This document shows, piece by piece, positions 17,837 to 27,253 of a DNA stretch of 32,000 bases (positions within the stretch are counted from its first letter, which is position 1; every line of letters begins with the position of its first letter). The notes beneath the pieces were generated by a model. That model made no database searches. It was given only the letters and a program-made list of their open reading frames with translations, and had not been told where the DNA came from. The stretch lies in NCBI GenBank assembly GCA_038858525.1, contig JAWCFL010000007.1:33744-65743 (forward strand), written 5' to 3'. Origin of the DNA: Candidatus Jordarchaeales archaeon. GTDB taxonomy: Archaea; Asgardarchaeota; Jordiarchaeia; Jordiarchaeales; Freyrarchaeaceae. Position numbers and translations under genes: made by a program.

Positions 17837-19759
17837 TCAGTAGGTTAGACTGCTCCTTATGACGGCATGTATCTTCTCGGGGTTCAAGTCGGGTAGCCTC
17901 ACGTGGCGTGCCTGTGCATGTCTCACTACTGTTTCTATGTAGCTCGGCCTCCAAGGGTTGGCACGCGTGTCGACAACTATAGTTGAAGCTCCAACTTTCT
18001 TAAGGTTCTCCGAGAGCCTTTCCAGCTCCGACTTCACTCCGACCTTCTGGTTTAGGGGGACATTAGCCTCCCCGTCCGTCACGATAACCACGACGGGTTT
18101 AAGTTCGCGCCTAGAAAGCTTCTCCCTTCTCACTAGCTCCAGCGCCTGAAGTATGGCTGAGGAGAGCGGGGTCTTCCCCCCTGTTGGAAGGCTTCTCAGG
18201 AAGCCGGCAGCGGCGTCAAGGTTCGATGTTGGTGGAAGTATGAGTTGCGCCCTGCTCCCCCTGAAAGCTATGAACGCAACCCTATCCCTGTTAATGTACG
18301 CGTCCCTGAGAAGCGAGAGGGCAACCCCCTTAGCCGCCTCCATCCTCCTAAGCGCCGCCATAGAGCCACTCGCGTCAACCACCAGCACTATGAGCGCTGA
18401 CGACCTAGCAAACCTAACCTTCTCCCTCACGTCTTCCGGTTTAACTGTCAGTCTCTCTCCATTCCACCTCCTCCTAGCGGCGGCGACCCTTATGGTGGCG
18501 TCAAGGGCAATGTCCCTAGGCTTCCCCTGTGGAATCGTACTTGTCACGTAAACTCCTCGCCCATCCCTAGACTTAACTCTCAACCTTCTTCCTGATTTAG
18601 CAGCGCGGTCATACTTCTCGTCGAGGTTGAAGTCTAGGTGATAGGAGGAGTCTGCCTCGAACACTCTTTCCCCCGCAGGCTGACCCCCGCCACCATTCCC
18701 CTCTTCAACCTCGCCCAGTGACTCCTTAGCCCTTTCCAGTAGCTCCCTGATCTGCTGCTGTTCTAGGCGCGGCTGCTCAAATGGGTGCCTTCTCATCCTG
18801 TGCGGGAGAGCTAGACTCATCGCTTCCTCAACATCCTTCTCGCTTACCGACGTGCGCCCTTCAAGAGCAGCAATGGTCTTGGCAGCCTTAACTATGGTTA
18901 TCTCAGCCCTGCTACTCGCCTTGAGGCTGGCACACACTCCTGCGACAGCCAGCAGCAGCTCGTCGCTAACTGTCACTCTGGGCAGCATCTCCATGGCCCT
19001 AGCGATTCTAGCCCTAAGTTCCTCCTGTCCTTCCCTATACTTCTCGGCGAAAGCCATAGGTCCATTCTCGAATTCCTCAACTCGCTTCACCACTTCAGCT
19101 CTTAGTTGCGGGTCCTCAAGGCTTCTGACCTCCACCTGGAGCCCGAACCTGTCTAGGAGTTGGGGTCTAAGCTCGCCCTCCTCCGGGTTCATTGTTCCTA
19201 CAAGTATGAACTTCGCCGGGTGAGAGACCGAGATGCCCTCCCTCTCGACGACGTTAACCCCACTCGCAGCGGCATCCAAGAGCACGTCTGCAACGTAGTC
19301 GTCGAGGAGGTTAACCTCGTCAACGTAGAGTATTCCCCTGTTCGCCTCAGCTAGCAACCCCGGCTCGAGAGCGCTCAGCCCCTCCCTTATTGCTCTCTCG
19401 ATGTCAAGGGAGCCAGCAACCCGGTCCACGGTAGCGTTAAGGGGTAAGTCAACGATCCTAACTTTCCTCTTAACCGATGGAAGGGAGCCTTCCTTCTCAA
19501 ACCGCTCAAAGCAGTTGTCGCACATCTCCGCTGGGTTGCGAGGATTGCAGTTGAAGGGGCACCCGTCCACCACATCTATTTCCGGCAGTAGCTCAGCAAG
19601 CCCCCTGACAGCGGTGGACTTTCCTGTTCCCTTCTCTCCCCTTATAAGGACGCCGCCTATTCTCGGGTTAACCGCGTTTAGGATCAGTGCCCTCTTCATG
19701 GGCTCTTGGTCAACTATCGCCGTGAACGGGTATAAGACACGCCTCACATGGTGGGGCAA
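17837..19759 (-). CDS. Type I chelatase ATPase subunit, ChlI/ChlD(BchD)-like AAA+ plus vWA
   Basis: GEKGTGKS Walker A; LYVDEVNLL Walker B; [19 protein letters not shown]; C-terminal DASGSM MIDAS and TGGKTPL. Confidence 0.92.
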   Translation of the reverse strand: MPHHVRRVLYPFTAIVDQEPMKRALILNAVNPRIGGVLIRGEKGTGKSTAVRGLAELLPEIDVVDGCPFNCNPRNPAEMCDNCFERFEKEGSLPSVKRKVRIVDLPLNATVDRVAGSLDIERAIREGLSALEPGLLAEANRGILYVDEVNLLDDYVADVLLDAAASGVNVVEREGISVSHPAKFILVGTMNPEEGELRPQLLDRFGLQVEVRSLEDPQLRAEVVKRVEEFENGPMAFAEKYREGQEELRARIARAMEMLPRVTVSDELLLAVAGVCASLKASSRAEITIVKAAKTIAALEGRTSVSEKDVEEAMSLALPHRMRRHPFEQPRLEQQQIRELLERAKESLGEVEEGNGGGGQPAGERVFEADSSYHLDFNLDEKYDRAAKSGRRLRVKSRDGRGVYVTSTIPQGKPRDIALDATIRVAAARRRWNGERLTVKPEDVREKVRFARSSALIVLVVDASGSMAALRRMEAAKGVALSLLRDAYINRDRVAFIAFRGSRAQLILPPTSNLDAAAGFLRSLPTGGKTPLSSAILQALELVRREKLSRRELKPVVVIVTDGEANVPLNQKVGVKSELERLSENLKKVGASTIVVDTRANPWRPSYIETVVRHAQARHVRLPDLNPEKIHAVIRSSLTY

Positions 19760-19917
19760 TGGATCACCAGCCTCGCCTTTACCGACACATATAAGTCGTG
19801 TATTAAAAATTTTTCTCAGAGTATTATCGTGCGGGCGTCAAACCCGCCAAAGCCGGCCTGTCATCGGTAAACGTTTTATAAATGGTTGCCTTAATTGCGT
19901 GTAGGAGGGAGCTGAAG

Positions 19918-20775
19918 TTGTGCGACTTCTGCAGAAAGCACGCTGAAAAATACGGTAAATGGTACCTGAACCCTAAAGGGTACTCTGAGGAGCTCTTCTA
20001 CAAGCTAACCCTTCTAGACAGGATCCTCAACAGGCGACCTTTAAGGGAGAGGGAAATGTGGAAGTACTCGGATGCTGCATGGTACCCTCTCCCCATATCG
20101 AAGACGCTGGGCCTCGTTGACCTAGCCGCAAAACCCCTAATAGGAGGACTAGTCAGGGTTATTGGGAACGTGATCGCCGTCAGAGAGCATGCCGGGCAGG
20201 TTGTTCCACTAGAGGACGCCTACAGGATAGTTGAGCTGAGCGAGAAGCAGGCTCTCTTCCCATGCATGTGTAAGCGCCTCTTCAAGGGGGACGACGAGTA
20301 CAAGTGCCTGAACTTTACACCTGCACCCGACTTCGCCGAGAAGCACCCTCGAGGATGGCGGGTTAAGTGGCTTGAGAGGGAGGAAGCAAAGGAGAAGCTT
20401 GAAGAGTTCTCGGAGAAAGGATATGTTCACGCGGTGTTCTGGTGGTATGGTTTACCTCAAGTTATATGTGTGTGCAATTGCGACGTCAGGTACTGCTATG
20501 CGGCTCGCCCCCGCCTGTGGTACGGCATAAGAAAAGCCTACGTTAAGGCAGAGTATGTTGCCGAAGTCGACCAAGACAGGTGTAGCGGGGACATACCGAG
20601 GTGCGGAAACTGCGTGGCGAGGTGCCAGTTCGGAGCAATCACGCTGACCAGTAAGGGGGCAAGCGTGGACACATACAAGTGCTTCGGATGCGGCCAGTGC
20701 AGGTTTGGATGCGAGGAGGACGCTGTGAGGCTCGTGGACAGAAACACTCACCCAATAGCTAAAGGGTTGTGGTAG
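19918..20775 (+). CDS. Cys-rich 4Fe-4S (ferredoxin-domain) protein
   Basis: C-terminal CGNCVARC and CFGCGQCRFGC; additional MCDFCRKH, CMCKR and CVCNCDVRYC clusters. Start TTG 19918 after AGGAGG (track 19882). Confidence 0.85.
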   Translation: MCDFCRKHAEKYGKWYLNPKGYSEELFYKLTLLDRILNRRPLREREMWKYSDAAWYPLPISKTLGLVDLAAKPLIGGLVRVIGNVIAVREHAGQVVPLEDAYRIVELSEKQALFPCMCKRLFKGDDEYKCLNFTPAPDFAEKHPRGWRVKWLEREEAKEKLEEFSEKGYVHAVFWWYGLPQVICVCNCDVRYCYAARPRLWYGIRKAYVKAEYVAEVDQDRCSGDIPRCGNCVARCQFGAITLTSKGASVDTYKCFGCGQCRFGCEEDAVRLVDRNTHPIAKGLW

Positions 20776-20776
20776 C

Positions 20777-21037
20777 ATGGTCAAGTTCACGTATGACCCG
20801 GAGAAGTGCGTTCTCCCCCACGACCCGGATCATCTTCGCCCCACGGTCTGCCTCAAGTGCCTTGACGCTTGCCCAAGGTCCCTCATCATGTTTAGACCGT
20901 TAAGGGAGAAGGGGCCGAATGGAGCGCCCGTAAGGTACGAGATACACATGGCATTCAAGAGCCAAGCTGACAAGTACTGTCCCGGCTGCCTCAAATGCGT
21001 TGAAGTCTGCCCGGAAAAGGCTATACAGATAAAATAA
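20777..21037 (+). CDS. Small 2x[4Fe-4S] ferredoxin-like protein
   Basis: CLKCLDACP and CPGCLKCVEVCP; starts 1 nt after the upstream stop. Confidence 0.85.
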   Translation: MVKFTYDPEKCVLPHDPDHLRPTVCLKCLDACPRSLIMFRPLREKGPNGAPVRYEIHMAFKSQADKYCPGCLKCVEVCPEKAIQIK

Positions 21038-21059
21038 GGGAAGAGAAAAGCAGCGTCTC

Positions 21060-24000
21060 CTAGTCTCCTTCCAGCACTGACTCTGCCGCGAGGTACTCGT
21101 CTTCTAGGCGCTTTACTGTTTCTTGGTCCGCTTTCCAGTAGCCTCTCTTGCTGGCTTCTAGGAGGCGGCTGACGGTTTTCATGAAAGCCCACGGGTTCTC
21201 ACTCCTCATTTTTTCTCTTCTCTTCTCGTCGAAGACTATGTTTTGAGCCGCTAAGCTCCACATCCAGTCATCCACGCCTCCCACCGTCGCGGCTAAGCCG
21301 AGCAGGTACTCTACTCTGTCAGCCACCTTTGCTGCTCCCGTAAAACCTGACTCGAGCATGGAGTCAAGCCACTTGGGGTTTGTCAGCCTAGTTACGACTC
21401 CGCGTTTCACGGCTGACTCGGCCAGCTCCACTCTGACTTTCTCCCTTGTCGTGTCTGCTACCAGAACGAGGGGCTTCTCGCCCTTAGCCTCCTCGACGGT
21501 TTTCGTGAGGCCGCCTAGGAACTCGTAGTAATGGTCTAGGTCTGTTATCTCGTAGTCGACTGTGTCTCTCACCTGGGAGACGACGTCAACCTTCGATAGG
21601 AGTCTTCTGAAATCTTCTTCAGCCTCGACGCTTCTGAACCCGTCTCCGTACGCGTACCTCATGCTGTCAACGTAGGCTCTCACGAGGTCCGCCTCGCTCC
21701 TCCACGAAGACGACTCAACCATGCTGGTCATCGATGTAGCGTAATCCCCCTCAGGGGGACCAAATATCCTGTAGAGCGTGCCTCCCTCAGCGTTCGCCTT
21801 GACGAAGTTTTGCTCCTTGGTTTCGTTTAGCGAGGCGACTTTCCTGAAGGCTTGGTCGAGGAGCTCAACCAAGTTGTAAAACGTGTCCCTAAATATGCCG
21901 CAGATGGTGACCACCACGTCTATCCTTGGCCTTCCAAGCTCCTCTAGGGGGGTAACCTCGATTTCCCTAACGTAAACGCTCCTCCAAACTGGTTTGACGC
22001 CTAGAAGCCTAAATATGGCCGCGATGGTTTCGCCGCCAGTCTTCATTGTTTCGAACGCCCAAAGGACGACGCCAACCGACCTAGGCCACCTTCCATGCTT
22101 CCTGTAATAGCTCATCACGTAGTCCTCAGCTATCCTAGCTCCTCTCTCCCACGCCGCCTCAGACGGAATGTTTGATGGGTCGAGTTGATACGTGTTCCTC
22201 CCAGTAGGGTAGACTTCAGGGCTCCTGATGGGGTCTCCTCCGGGCCCGGGCTCGACGAATCTTCCCTCCAGTGCGTCTATAACTGATTCAAGCTCCCTCG
22301 ACGCGTCAACCCTTTCCGCGACCCCTCTCAGATATGCGACCTCCCCGCCAACCTTCGCCGGGGGCTTCTCGTCCCCGAGAACACACCGCCTTATGAGTTC
22401 GCGCGCCTCGCCCTCAACCTTGTCGAGCAGCTCAGCGTAAGTCTCACCGTTGACGTGCACGTGCGGCTTCTCCAGAGCTTCGTCGTAGCTTAGCCCTTTA
22501 GACTCCATAAGGGCCCTGTGTAAGCTCCTAACTTTCCCCCTGTCGTACCTTGCAACGTATGTAAGGTAGTCTAGCTTTTCCCCGTCATCCATTTTCTCGC
22601 CGAGCACATGTAGCCCTCTCGGAATGAGGCTCCTCTTGTACTCCATGATGGCGTCGTAGACCTCCTCGATGCTTCCACCCAGCCCGTACTTTTCAGCCTT
22701 CTCCAGCGCTCTTCTTTTCGCGTCCTCCGCTCTTTCCCCCCCAAACTGGGCAGCGTCGAAGTACTGTAGAACGAGTCTCTCGAGCTCCGAGAAGTCCCCG
22801 TGCAACCCGCTCGTGGATACGGGAGGCGAGCCGTGGTTAACTATTACCGCGTAGCTCCTCCTCTTCGCTATAGATGCCTCCGACGCGTTCACCACGTCGT
22901 AAACGTAGACGTTGGGCAAGTCGGCTATCATGATGTCGGGGAAGCATCGGCTTGAAAGCCCAACATCCTTGCCTGGTAGAAACTCGAGGGTCCCATGCGT
23001 CCCAACGTGGACGATTACGTCGGCCTTAAAGTTTTCCCTAACCCAGTAATAGAAAGCTAAGTACTGATGGTGGGGTGAAATGTCCCTTCCGTGATAATGC
23101 TTTCCCGGGTTTTCATGTATGCCGCGTGAAGGCTGGACGCCGACGAAAACGTTTCCCAGCACGACGCCGGGGATGAGAAGGCACCCCTCATGAACCATTA
23201 TGTCTCCTGGAGGCTGCCCCCATTGCTCGATCACTTTTCTCTTTGCGTCTTCGGGGAGCCTTGAGAACCATCTGGCGTAGTCTTCGAGTGGCACCTTGGG
23301 TAACTTAGCAGCCTTCTCAGCCGTCAGAACCCACTCTCCGGAGTTTACAGCTCCGCTCTCCAACAGCATATTTTTGAGGTCCTCTCCGCTCTCCAGCGTG
23401 GCGTCAACTCTGAAGCCCTTCTCCCTCATTTTTCTGAGAAGTCGAACGGTGCTCTCAAGCGTGTTGAGGTACGAGGCTTTGCCGAGGTTTTCTTCTCCCG
23501 GAGGGTAGTCGTAGAGTATAACTGCAACTCTCTTGTCACTATTAGGCTTAGCCCTGAGGTTGACCCAGCGAGCAGCTCTTTCCGCAACCCTTTCAACTCT
23601 GTCCTCTATTGGGACGTACTCGTCAACCGTAGCCCCCTCAAAATTCCTCCTCACCGGACCTATTAGGGGGAGTGGCTCGCACCTTCCGTCCAGTTCTGGA
23701 AGTATAACTGTGGTTACCGTTTCCACCGGTGGGATGCCATCCCTCGACTCCAGCCACTCATCGATGCTCCTAGATGATAAAAGCACACCGTGGAGGACAG
23801 GCACACCTAGGCGTGAGAGGACTCCGAGTGACTCCCTATGGTCTCCACCTACTGGCCCGCCCGCCAGCCTGAACCATAACAAGTCGATGACGCAGTCCAC
23901 AGCAGCCTTCCCGTCCCTGAAGAAGAAGCGCTCCATGCCGAGGTGGTATCTGAGGTCGGAGGAGAAAATGGGGACGACGCCCAACCCCTTCGCTTCAAGC

Positions 24001-24758
24001 TTCTCAGCCAGCATTCTTGCTGCTGGCAGGGTTTGGTCGTAGTGGTATCCTCCGTAGTGGTATATTCCGACCATTCTCCTGTCTGCATACTGATAGTCTG
24101 AAAGGTAATCTTCGAGCGACTCGTACACCCTGCTGGTTGAGAGGTTCTGTATAGCCATGCTCGGCATGGTTACTGGTGGCGCTGGCTCTCTCACCTTAAC
24201 TCCACAGTACTCCTTCAGCAGGAGGAGGAACATGTTGTAGTAGTTTTCCTCAGACGGGTGGTCGTAGTACTTGAGGGTTAAGGCGAAGTTTCTGGCGTGC
24301 CTCAACATTCCGAATGGCAGGGTTTTCCCAAGCTTCTCGAATCTCTCCTGCATCCTCCTTATCTGGGCGTAGTTTGGGGTTCCCTTGAAGAACCTCTTCA
24401 TTACCGGGTTCTCCCTCATGGATGATATTCTTGAGAAGGAGAAGCTTCCCATGCGGGTCAGGTTTATTAGCTCCCTTGAGCCGCCGACGAGGCACACGAC
24501 GGTGTTCCCCGCATCCTTCAGTGCTTGCACCGTGAGGGGTACCGCCTTGTCTCCTCCTCTCAGGTCTATGAGGGCGACGTCAGCTGCCCGGAGCGACTCA
24601 ACGTAATCCTCCGCCTTAACCGCCCCGCTGTCGACGTCGTACGCCTTGAAGAACTTGAACTCGAATCCATCAACCTCCTTCCTGACTCTCTCGGCGGCTG
24701 ACAAGAGGCTTGGGCGCAGCTGGTATCCAACCATAACTATCCTGGCCATATCTGACAC
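21060..24758 (-). CDS. cobN: CobN/magnesium-chelatase H family large chelatase subunit
   Basis: 1232 aa; YDYPPG, GVQPSRG, HVGTHGTLEFLPGK, NHGSPP, PTGRNTY, WAFETMKTGGE, NPKW motifs. Metal specificity cannot be read from these. Confidence 0.92.
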   Translation of the reverse strand: MSDMARIVMVGYQLRPSLLSAAERVRKEVDGFEFKFFKAYDVDSGAVKAEDYVESLRAADVALIDLRGGDKAVPLTVQALKDAGNTVVCLVGGSRELINLTRMGSFSFSRISSMRENPVMKRFFKGTPNYAQIRRMQERFEKLGKTLPFGMLRHARNFALTLKYYDHPSEENYYNMFLLLLKEYCGVKVREPAPPVTMPSMAIQNLSTSRVYESLEDYLSDYQYADRRMVGIYHYGGYHYDQTLPAARMLAEKLEAKGLGVVPIFSSDLRYHLGMERFFFRDGKAAVDCVIDLLWFRLAGGPVGGDHRESLGVLSRLGVPVLHGVLLSSRSIDEWLESRDGIPPVETVTTVILPELDGRCEPLPLIGPVRRNFEGATVDEYVPIEDRVERVAERAARWVNLRAKPNSDKRVAVILYDYPPGEENLGKASYLNTLESTVRLLRKMREKGFRVDATLESGEDLKNMLLESGAVNSGEWVLTAEKAAKLPKVPLEDYARWFSRLPEDAKRKVIEQWGQPPGDIMVHEGCLLIPGVVLGNVFVGVQPSRGIHENPGKHYHGRDISPHHQYLAFYYWVRENFKADVIVHVGTHGTLEFLPGKDVGLSSRCFPDIMIADLPNVYVYDVVNASEASIAKRRSYAVIVNHGSPPVSTSGLHGDFSELERLVLQYFDAAQFGGERAEDAKRRALEKAEKYGLGGSIEEVYDAIMEYKRSLIPRGLHVLGEKMDDGEKLDYLTYVARYDRGKVRSLHRALMESKGLSYDEALEKPHVHVNGETYAELLDKVEGEARELIRRCVLGDEKPPAKVGGEVAYLRGVAERVDASRELESVIDALEGRFVEPGPGGDPIRSPEVYPTGRNTYQLDPSNIPSEAAWERGARIAEDYVMSYYRKHGRWPRSVGVVLWAFETMKTGGETIAAIFRLLGVKPVWRSVYVREIEVTPLEELGRPRIDVVVTICGIFRDTFYNLVELLDQAFRKVASLNETKEQNFVKANAEGGTLYRIFGPPEGDYATSMTSMVESSSWRSEADLVRAYVDSMRYAYGDGFRSVEAEEDFRRLLSKVDVVSQVRDTVDYEITDLDHYYEFLGGLTKTVEEAKGEKPLVLVADTTREKVRVELAESAVKRGVVTRLTNPKWLDSMLESGFTGAAKVADRVEYLLGLAATVGGVDDWMWSLAAQNIVFDEKRREKMRSENPWAFMKTVSRLLEASKRGYWKADQETVKRLEDEYLAAESVLEGD

Positions 24759-24865
24759 CTATGGTGCTCTACAGCCTCCTCAATATTAAATTTTACTGGA
24801 AAAGTATTACCAAACTGGTCACCAGATACGTTAGCAGGGGGGCTCAGCCCGCCTGGTTGAACCCA

Positions 24866-25303
24866 CTACACCTCGGATGACTTTAGCAGCTTAACAGCCT
24901 TGTGAAGCCTCGTTCCCCTAGTCTTGACTTCCAGTTTTTCGTCGCAAGTCAGAAGCTTTCCTCCAACCCTTTCAGTTAACGCTAAGAAAAGCCCATCGTA
25001 AACCGGAACAGACAACTCAACCCCCAAGTTCAATGCGTCCTCGTAAACATCCCGTGAATCCACTTTGACGCATGCCTCAATTATGAATCTGACAGCCTCC
25101 CTCAGCAGCCTCTTAACGGTCTCAGCGTCATCCCCGAAAAACTTAATCCTCTTCCATGCTACGTTCGCCACCTCCGCGACGGCAAGGTCCAACGTGTAGA
25201 GCACCCTGAAGCTGAGCGTCTCTTTCTCCGCCTCCTCCGAGCATGGGTCGCTGAAAAACAGAGCGGCTATAACGCTGGAGTCGAGAACAGCGACGCCGCT
25301 CAC
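24866..25303 (-). CDS. vapC: PIN-domain toxin (VapC family)
   Basis: VLDSSVI...AEVANVAWK...VYDGLFLAL...TCD. Confidence 0.9.
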   Translation of the reverse strand: MSGVAVLDSSVIAALFFSDPCSEEAEKETLSFRVLYTLDLAVAEVANVAWKRIKFFGDDAETVKRLLREAVRFIIEACVKVDSRDVYEDALNLGVELSVPVYDGLFLALTERVGGKLLTCDEKLEVKTRGTRLHKAVKLLKSSEV

Positions 25304-25524
25304 CGGGACCTATCCTCCCTTATCAGCTCAGCCGAGCTAACCTTCTTGGTCCCATCTCTGAGTAGCTTCGCCTCCTCGACCAGTAGCCTAGCCTTCTCAG
25401 CTCTAACCCTGCCCTCTATGAAGGACCTAACCTCCTCCTGCCAGTTCACAGGCAACTTCTTCATGTCTTCCTTGAGCTTTTTCGGAATCCTCACACTAAA
25501 CGTTTCGGAGCCCAAAAACAACAC
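25300..25524 (-). CDS. vapB: VapB-type RHH antitoxin
   Basis: FSVRIPKKLKEDMKKLPVNWQEEVRSFI, clearly paralogous to 2874..3107 (VNWSEEIRRFI); 4-nt overlap with the PIN gene. Confidence 0.82.
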   Translation of the reverse strand: MLFLGSETFSVRIPKKLKEDMKKLPVNWQEEVRSFIEGRVRAEKARLLVEEAKLLRDGTKKVSSAELIREDRSR

Positions 25525-25569
25525 CGCGAAAACAGATATGTAAACAAAGATATAAACATTACCTAGAAC

Positions 25570-25983
25570 TCAACTGATCAACTTGCTGACAACCCTGTAA
25601 ACATACTCGGCTTTCTGGACGGCGTCCTCGGCGTCCTCCCGGTCGTAGAGTTCCTCGGGCGGCACCCCGGTCTCTTCGTCGCCATACATGGCCGGCTCTC
25701 TCTCCCTGCGAAGCATCCTAGAGTACCGTGAGAGGACTCCTATCTCCGCTCGGAACCAGTCTGGAAACCTTGAGGACTCGCTTTTCAGTATTGGGCCAAC
25801 GTCGTGCCACTTCGGCGGCTCGACCCCGACAAACCTTAACGCCGCCTTCAGGAGGAGCTCCACCGCCTCCTGGCACTGCCTTATGACGTATGGGTAGTTT
25901 CCCCGGTCAAGCGTCTCCCTCGCGTGGTGTATCCTCTCCTCCGCCTGCTTGAGGTACGACCTAGCCATTGAAGTGTTCCTCAT
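25570..25983 (-). CDS. HEPN-domain protein
   Basis: YLKQAEERI...RQCQEAVELLLKAAL...PPKWHDVG...REPAMYGDEE. Confidence 0.9.
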   Translation of the reverse strand: MRNTSMARSYLKQAEERIHHARETLDRGNYPYVIRQCQEAVELLLKAALRFVGVEPPKWHDVGPILKSESSRFPDWFRAEIGVLSRYSRMLRREREPAMYGDEETGVPPEELYDREDAEDAVQKAEYVYRVVSKLIS

Positions 25984-26573
25984 ATCTCTATCACGTCCCC
26001 AAAACTGTAGTCCCTTTTAAGCCTCCAATACCATGCTTTCCCAAGCCTAACCCTTTCAGCCCCAAGCTCCTGCAGCCTCCCCCTCAGCCTCCTCAGGACG
26101 CCGTCGAAAAAACCGTCCCTGTCAAACAGTATGACTGCGTCCTCAACCATATCCAAATATAGAGGAGAGAAAACGCGTGCTTCCTCCGGCGTCTTGATGA
26201 CAGGCGAAAACTCCACGTGATAACCCAGCTCCTCAAGCCTATCTAGATTCTCACCGAGCTTTTCCTCAACTTCCATGAAAAGTTCCTGTCTCTTGAAGAC
26301 GCCTTTCGGCATTCCTTTAAGAACTATGAGCAAATCTACGTCGCTATCCCTTCTAGCCTCTCCCCTAGCGACAGAGCCGTAGACAACAACAGACACAAGG
26401 TCGCTTCCAAACCTCTCAAGCAGCCTCTCAACAAGCAGCGAGAGCACCTCTCCATAGGGCCACTGTAATCCTCCACGCGCGCCCATCCGCGCCTGAAACC
26501 CTCCCACACCACTTTCCATCATGACGCCTCCTAGGCGGCATCCATCCCTAACAGATGGAAGCAAACATTCCAA
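25980..26573 (-). CDS. Minimal nucleotidyltransferase (MNT)
   Basis: YGSVARGEARRDSDVDLLIV...SPLYLDMVEDA; 4-nt overlap with HEPN. Start probably later (ATG 26522/26519 or downstream). Confidence 0.88.
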   Translation of the reverse strand: MECLLPSVRDGCRLGGVMMESGVGGFQARMGARGGLQWPYGEVLSLLVERLLERFGSDLVSVVVYGSVARGEARRDSDVDLLIVLKGMPKGVFKRQELFMEVEEKLGENLDRLEELGYHVEFSPVIKTPEEARVFSPLYLDMVEDAVILFDRDGFFDGVLRRLRGRLQELGAERVRLGKAWYWRLKRDYSFGDVIEI

Positions 26574-26970
26574 ATTAAATCTTTCAAACAGCTATACCAT
26601 GATCCCCTTCTTCCTCCTTATATTTTCTCACCTAAAACCACTCTCACGTCAGCTGCCGTCGCAGTACTCCAGCCACTACTTTAGCCTGAACTTAGAGTGC
26701 TGAGAAGGTATTGAACTTTGATTTTAGCTAACGGAGTAGGAGTTGACGACGAAGATGTCTCATGGCGAAGCCGGGGAACACTATGCTTCAACGATCCCCT
26801 ACTCCACACAAAGCGTTCTTCCACATACCGTTCAGTCGTGATGAGGAGTGAGAAACAAGCCTCTTCGTTTACTTTGGAAGCCTTAATGGTTAAAAGCCAT
26901 TACAGTTAGGGTTTGATATGTGTAATTTCGTGTGTCGCAGGTGATTCATGCCTAGCGCCACCACCAAAAT

Positions 26971-27010
26971 TTTATATTCTTGTTTATCCCACTCATCATT
27001 GGTGGGATAA
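26971..27010 (+). promoter_or_regulatory. TATA box followed by a 9-bp inverted repeat (putative operator)
   Basis: TTTATAT at 26971-26977; TTATCCCAC-N9-GTGGGATAA at 26984-27010, ending immediately before the TTG start of the AbrB-type gene. Confidence 0.7.
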
Positions 27011-27253
27011 TTGGAGGTGCGGCTGAGAATAGACTCGAAAGGGAGGCTTTACATTCCGCCAGAGGTGAGGGAAGAGATCGGCGACACAGTCACGCTGAAA
27101 AAGACGGATGAAGGCTTCCTGATAGTTCCAGGTGAGCCGACAAGCTTCCTGGAAGAGTTCCGGAAATTGATGTCAAGGGAGCCGGAAAGAACTGGAAAGC
27201 CGGAGAACTGGCCGCCGTCAAAAATGAAGATGATCTGGAGCGGCGCTAAATGA
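27011..27253 (+). CDS. AbrB/MazE/SpoVT-family antitoxin
   Basis: LRIDSKGRLYIPPEVREEIG swapped-hairpin signature; 4-nt overlap with the PIN gene. Confidence 0.88.
   Translation: MEVRLRIDSKGRLYIPPEVREEIGDTVTLKKTDEGFLIVPGEPTSFLEEFRKLMSREPERTGKPENWPPSKMKMIWSGAK

Noticed and set aside
21060-24758. Evidence for (bacterio)chlorophyll synthesis from the H-like and ChlI/D-like genes
   Set aside because: These families are widespread in non-phototrophs, and no other bch/chl genes are present.
26580-26940. Small ORFs or a C/D-box sRNA (GTGATGA near 26817)
   Set aside because: No D box at a suitable distance and no recognisable protein motifs.
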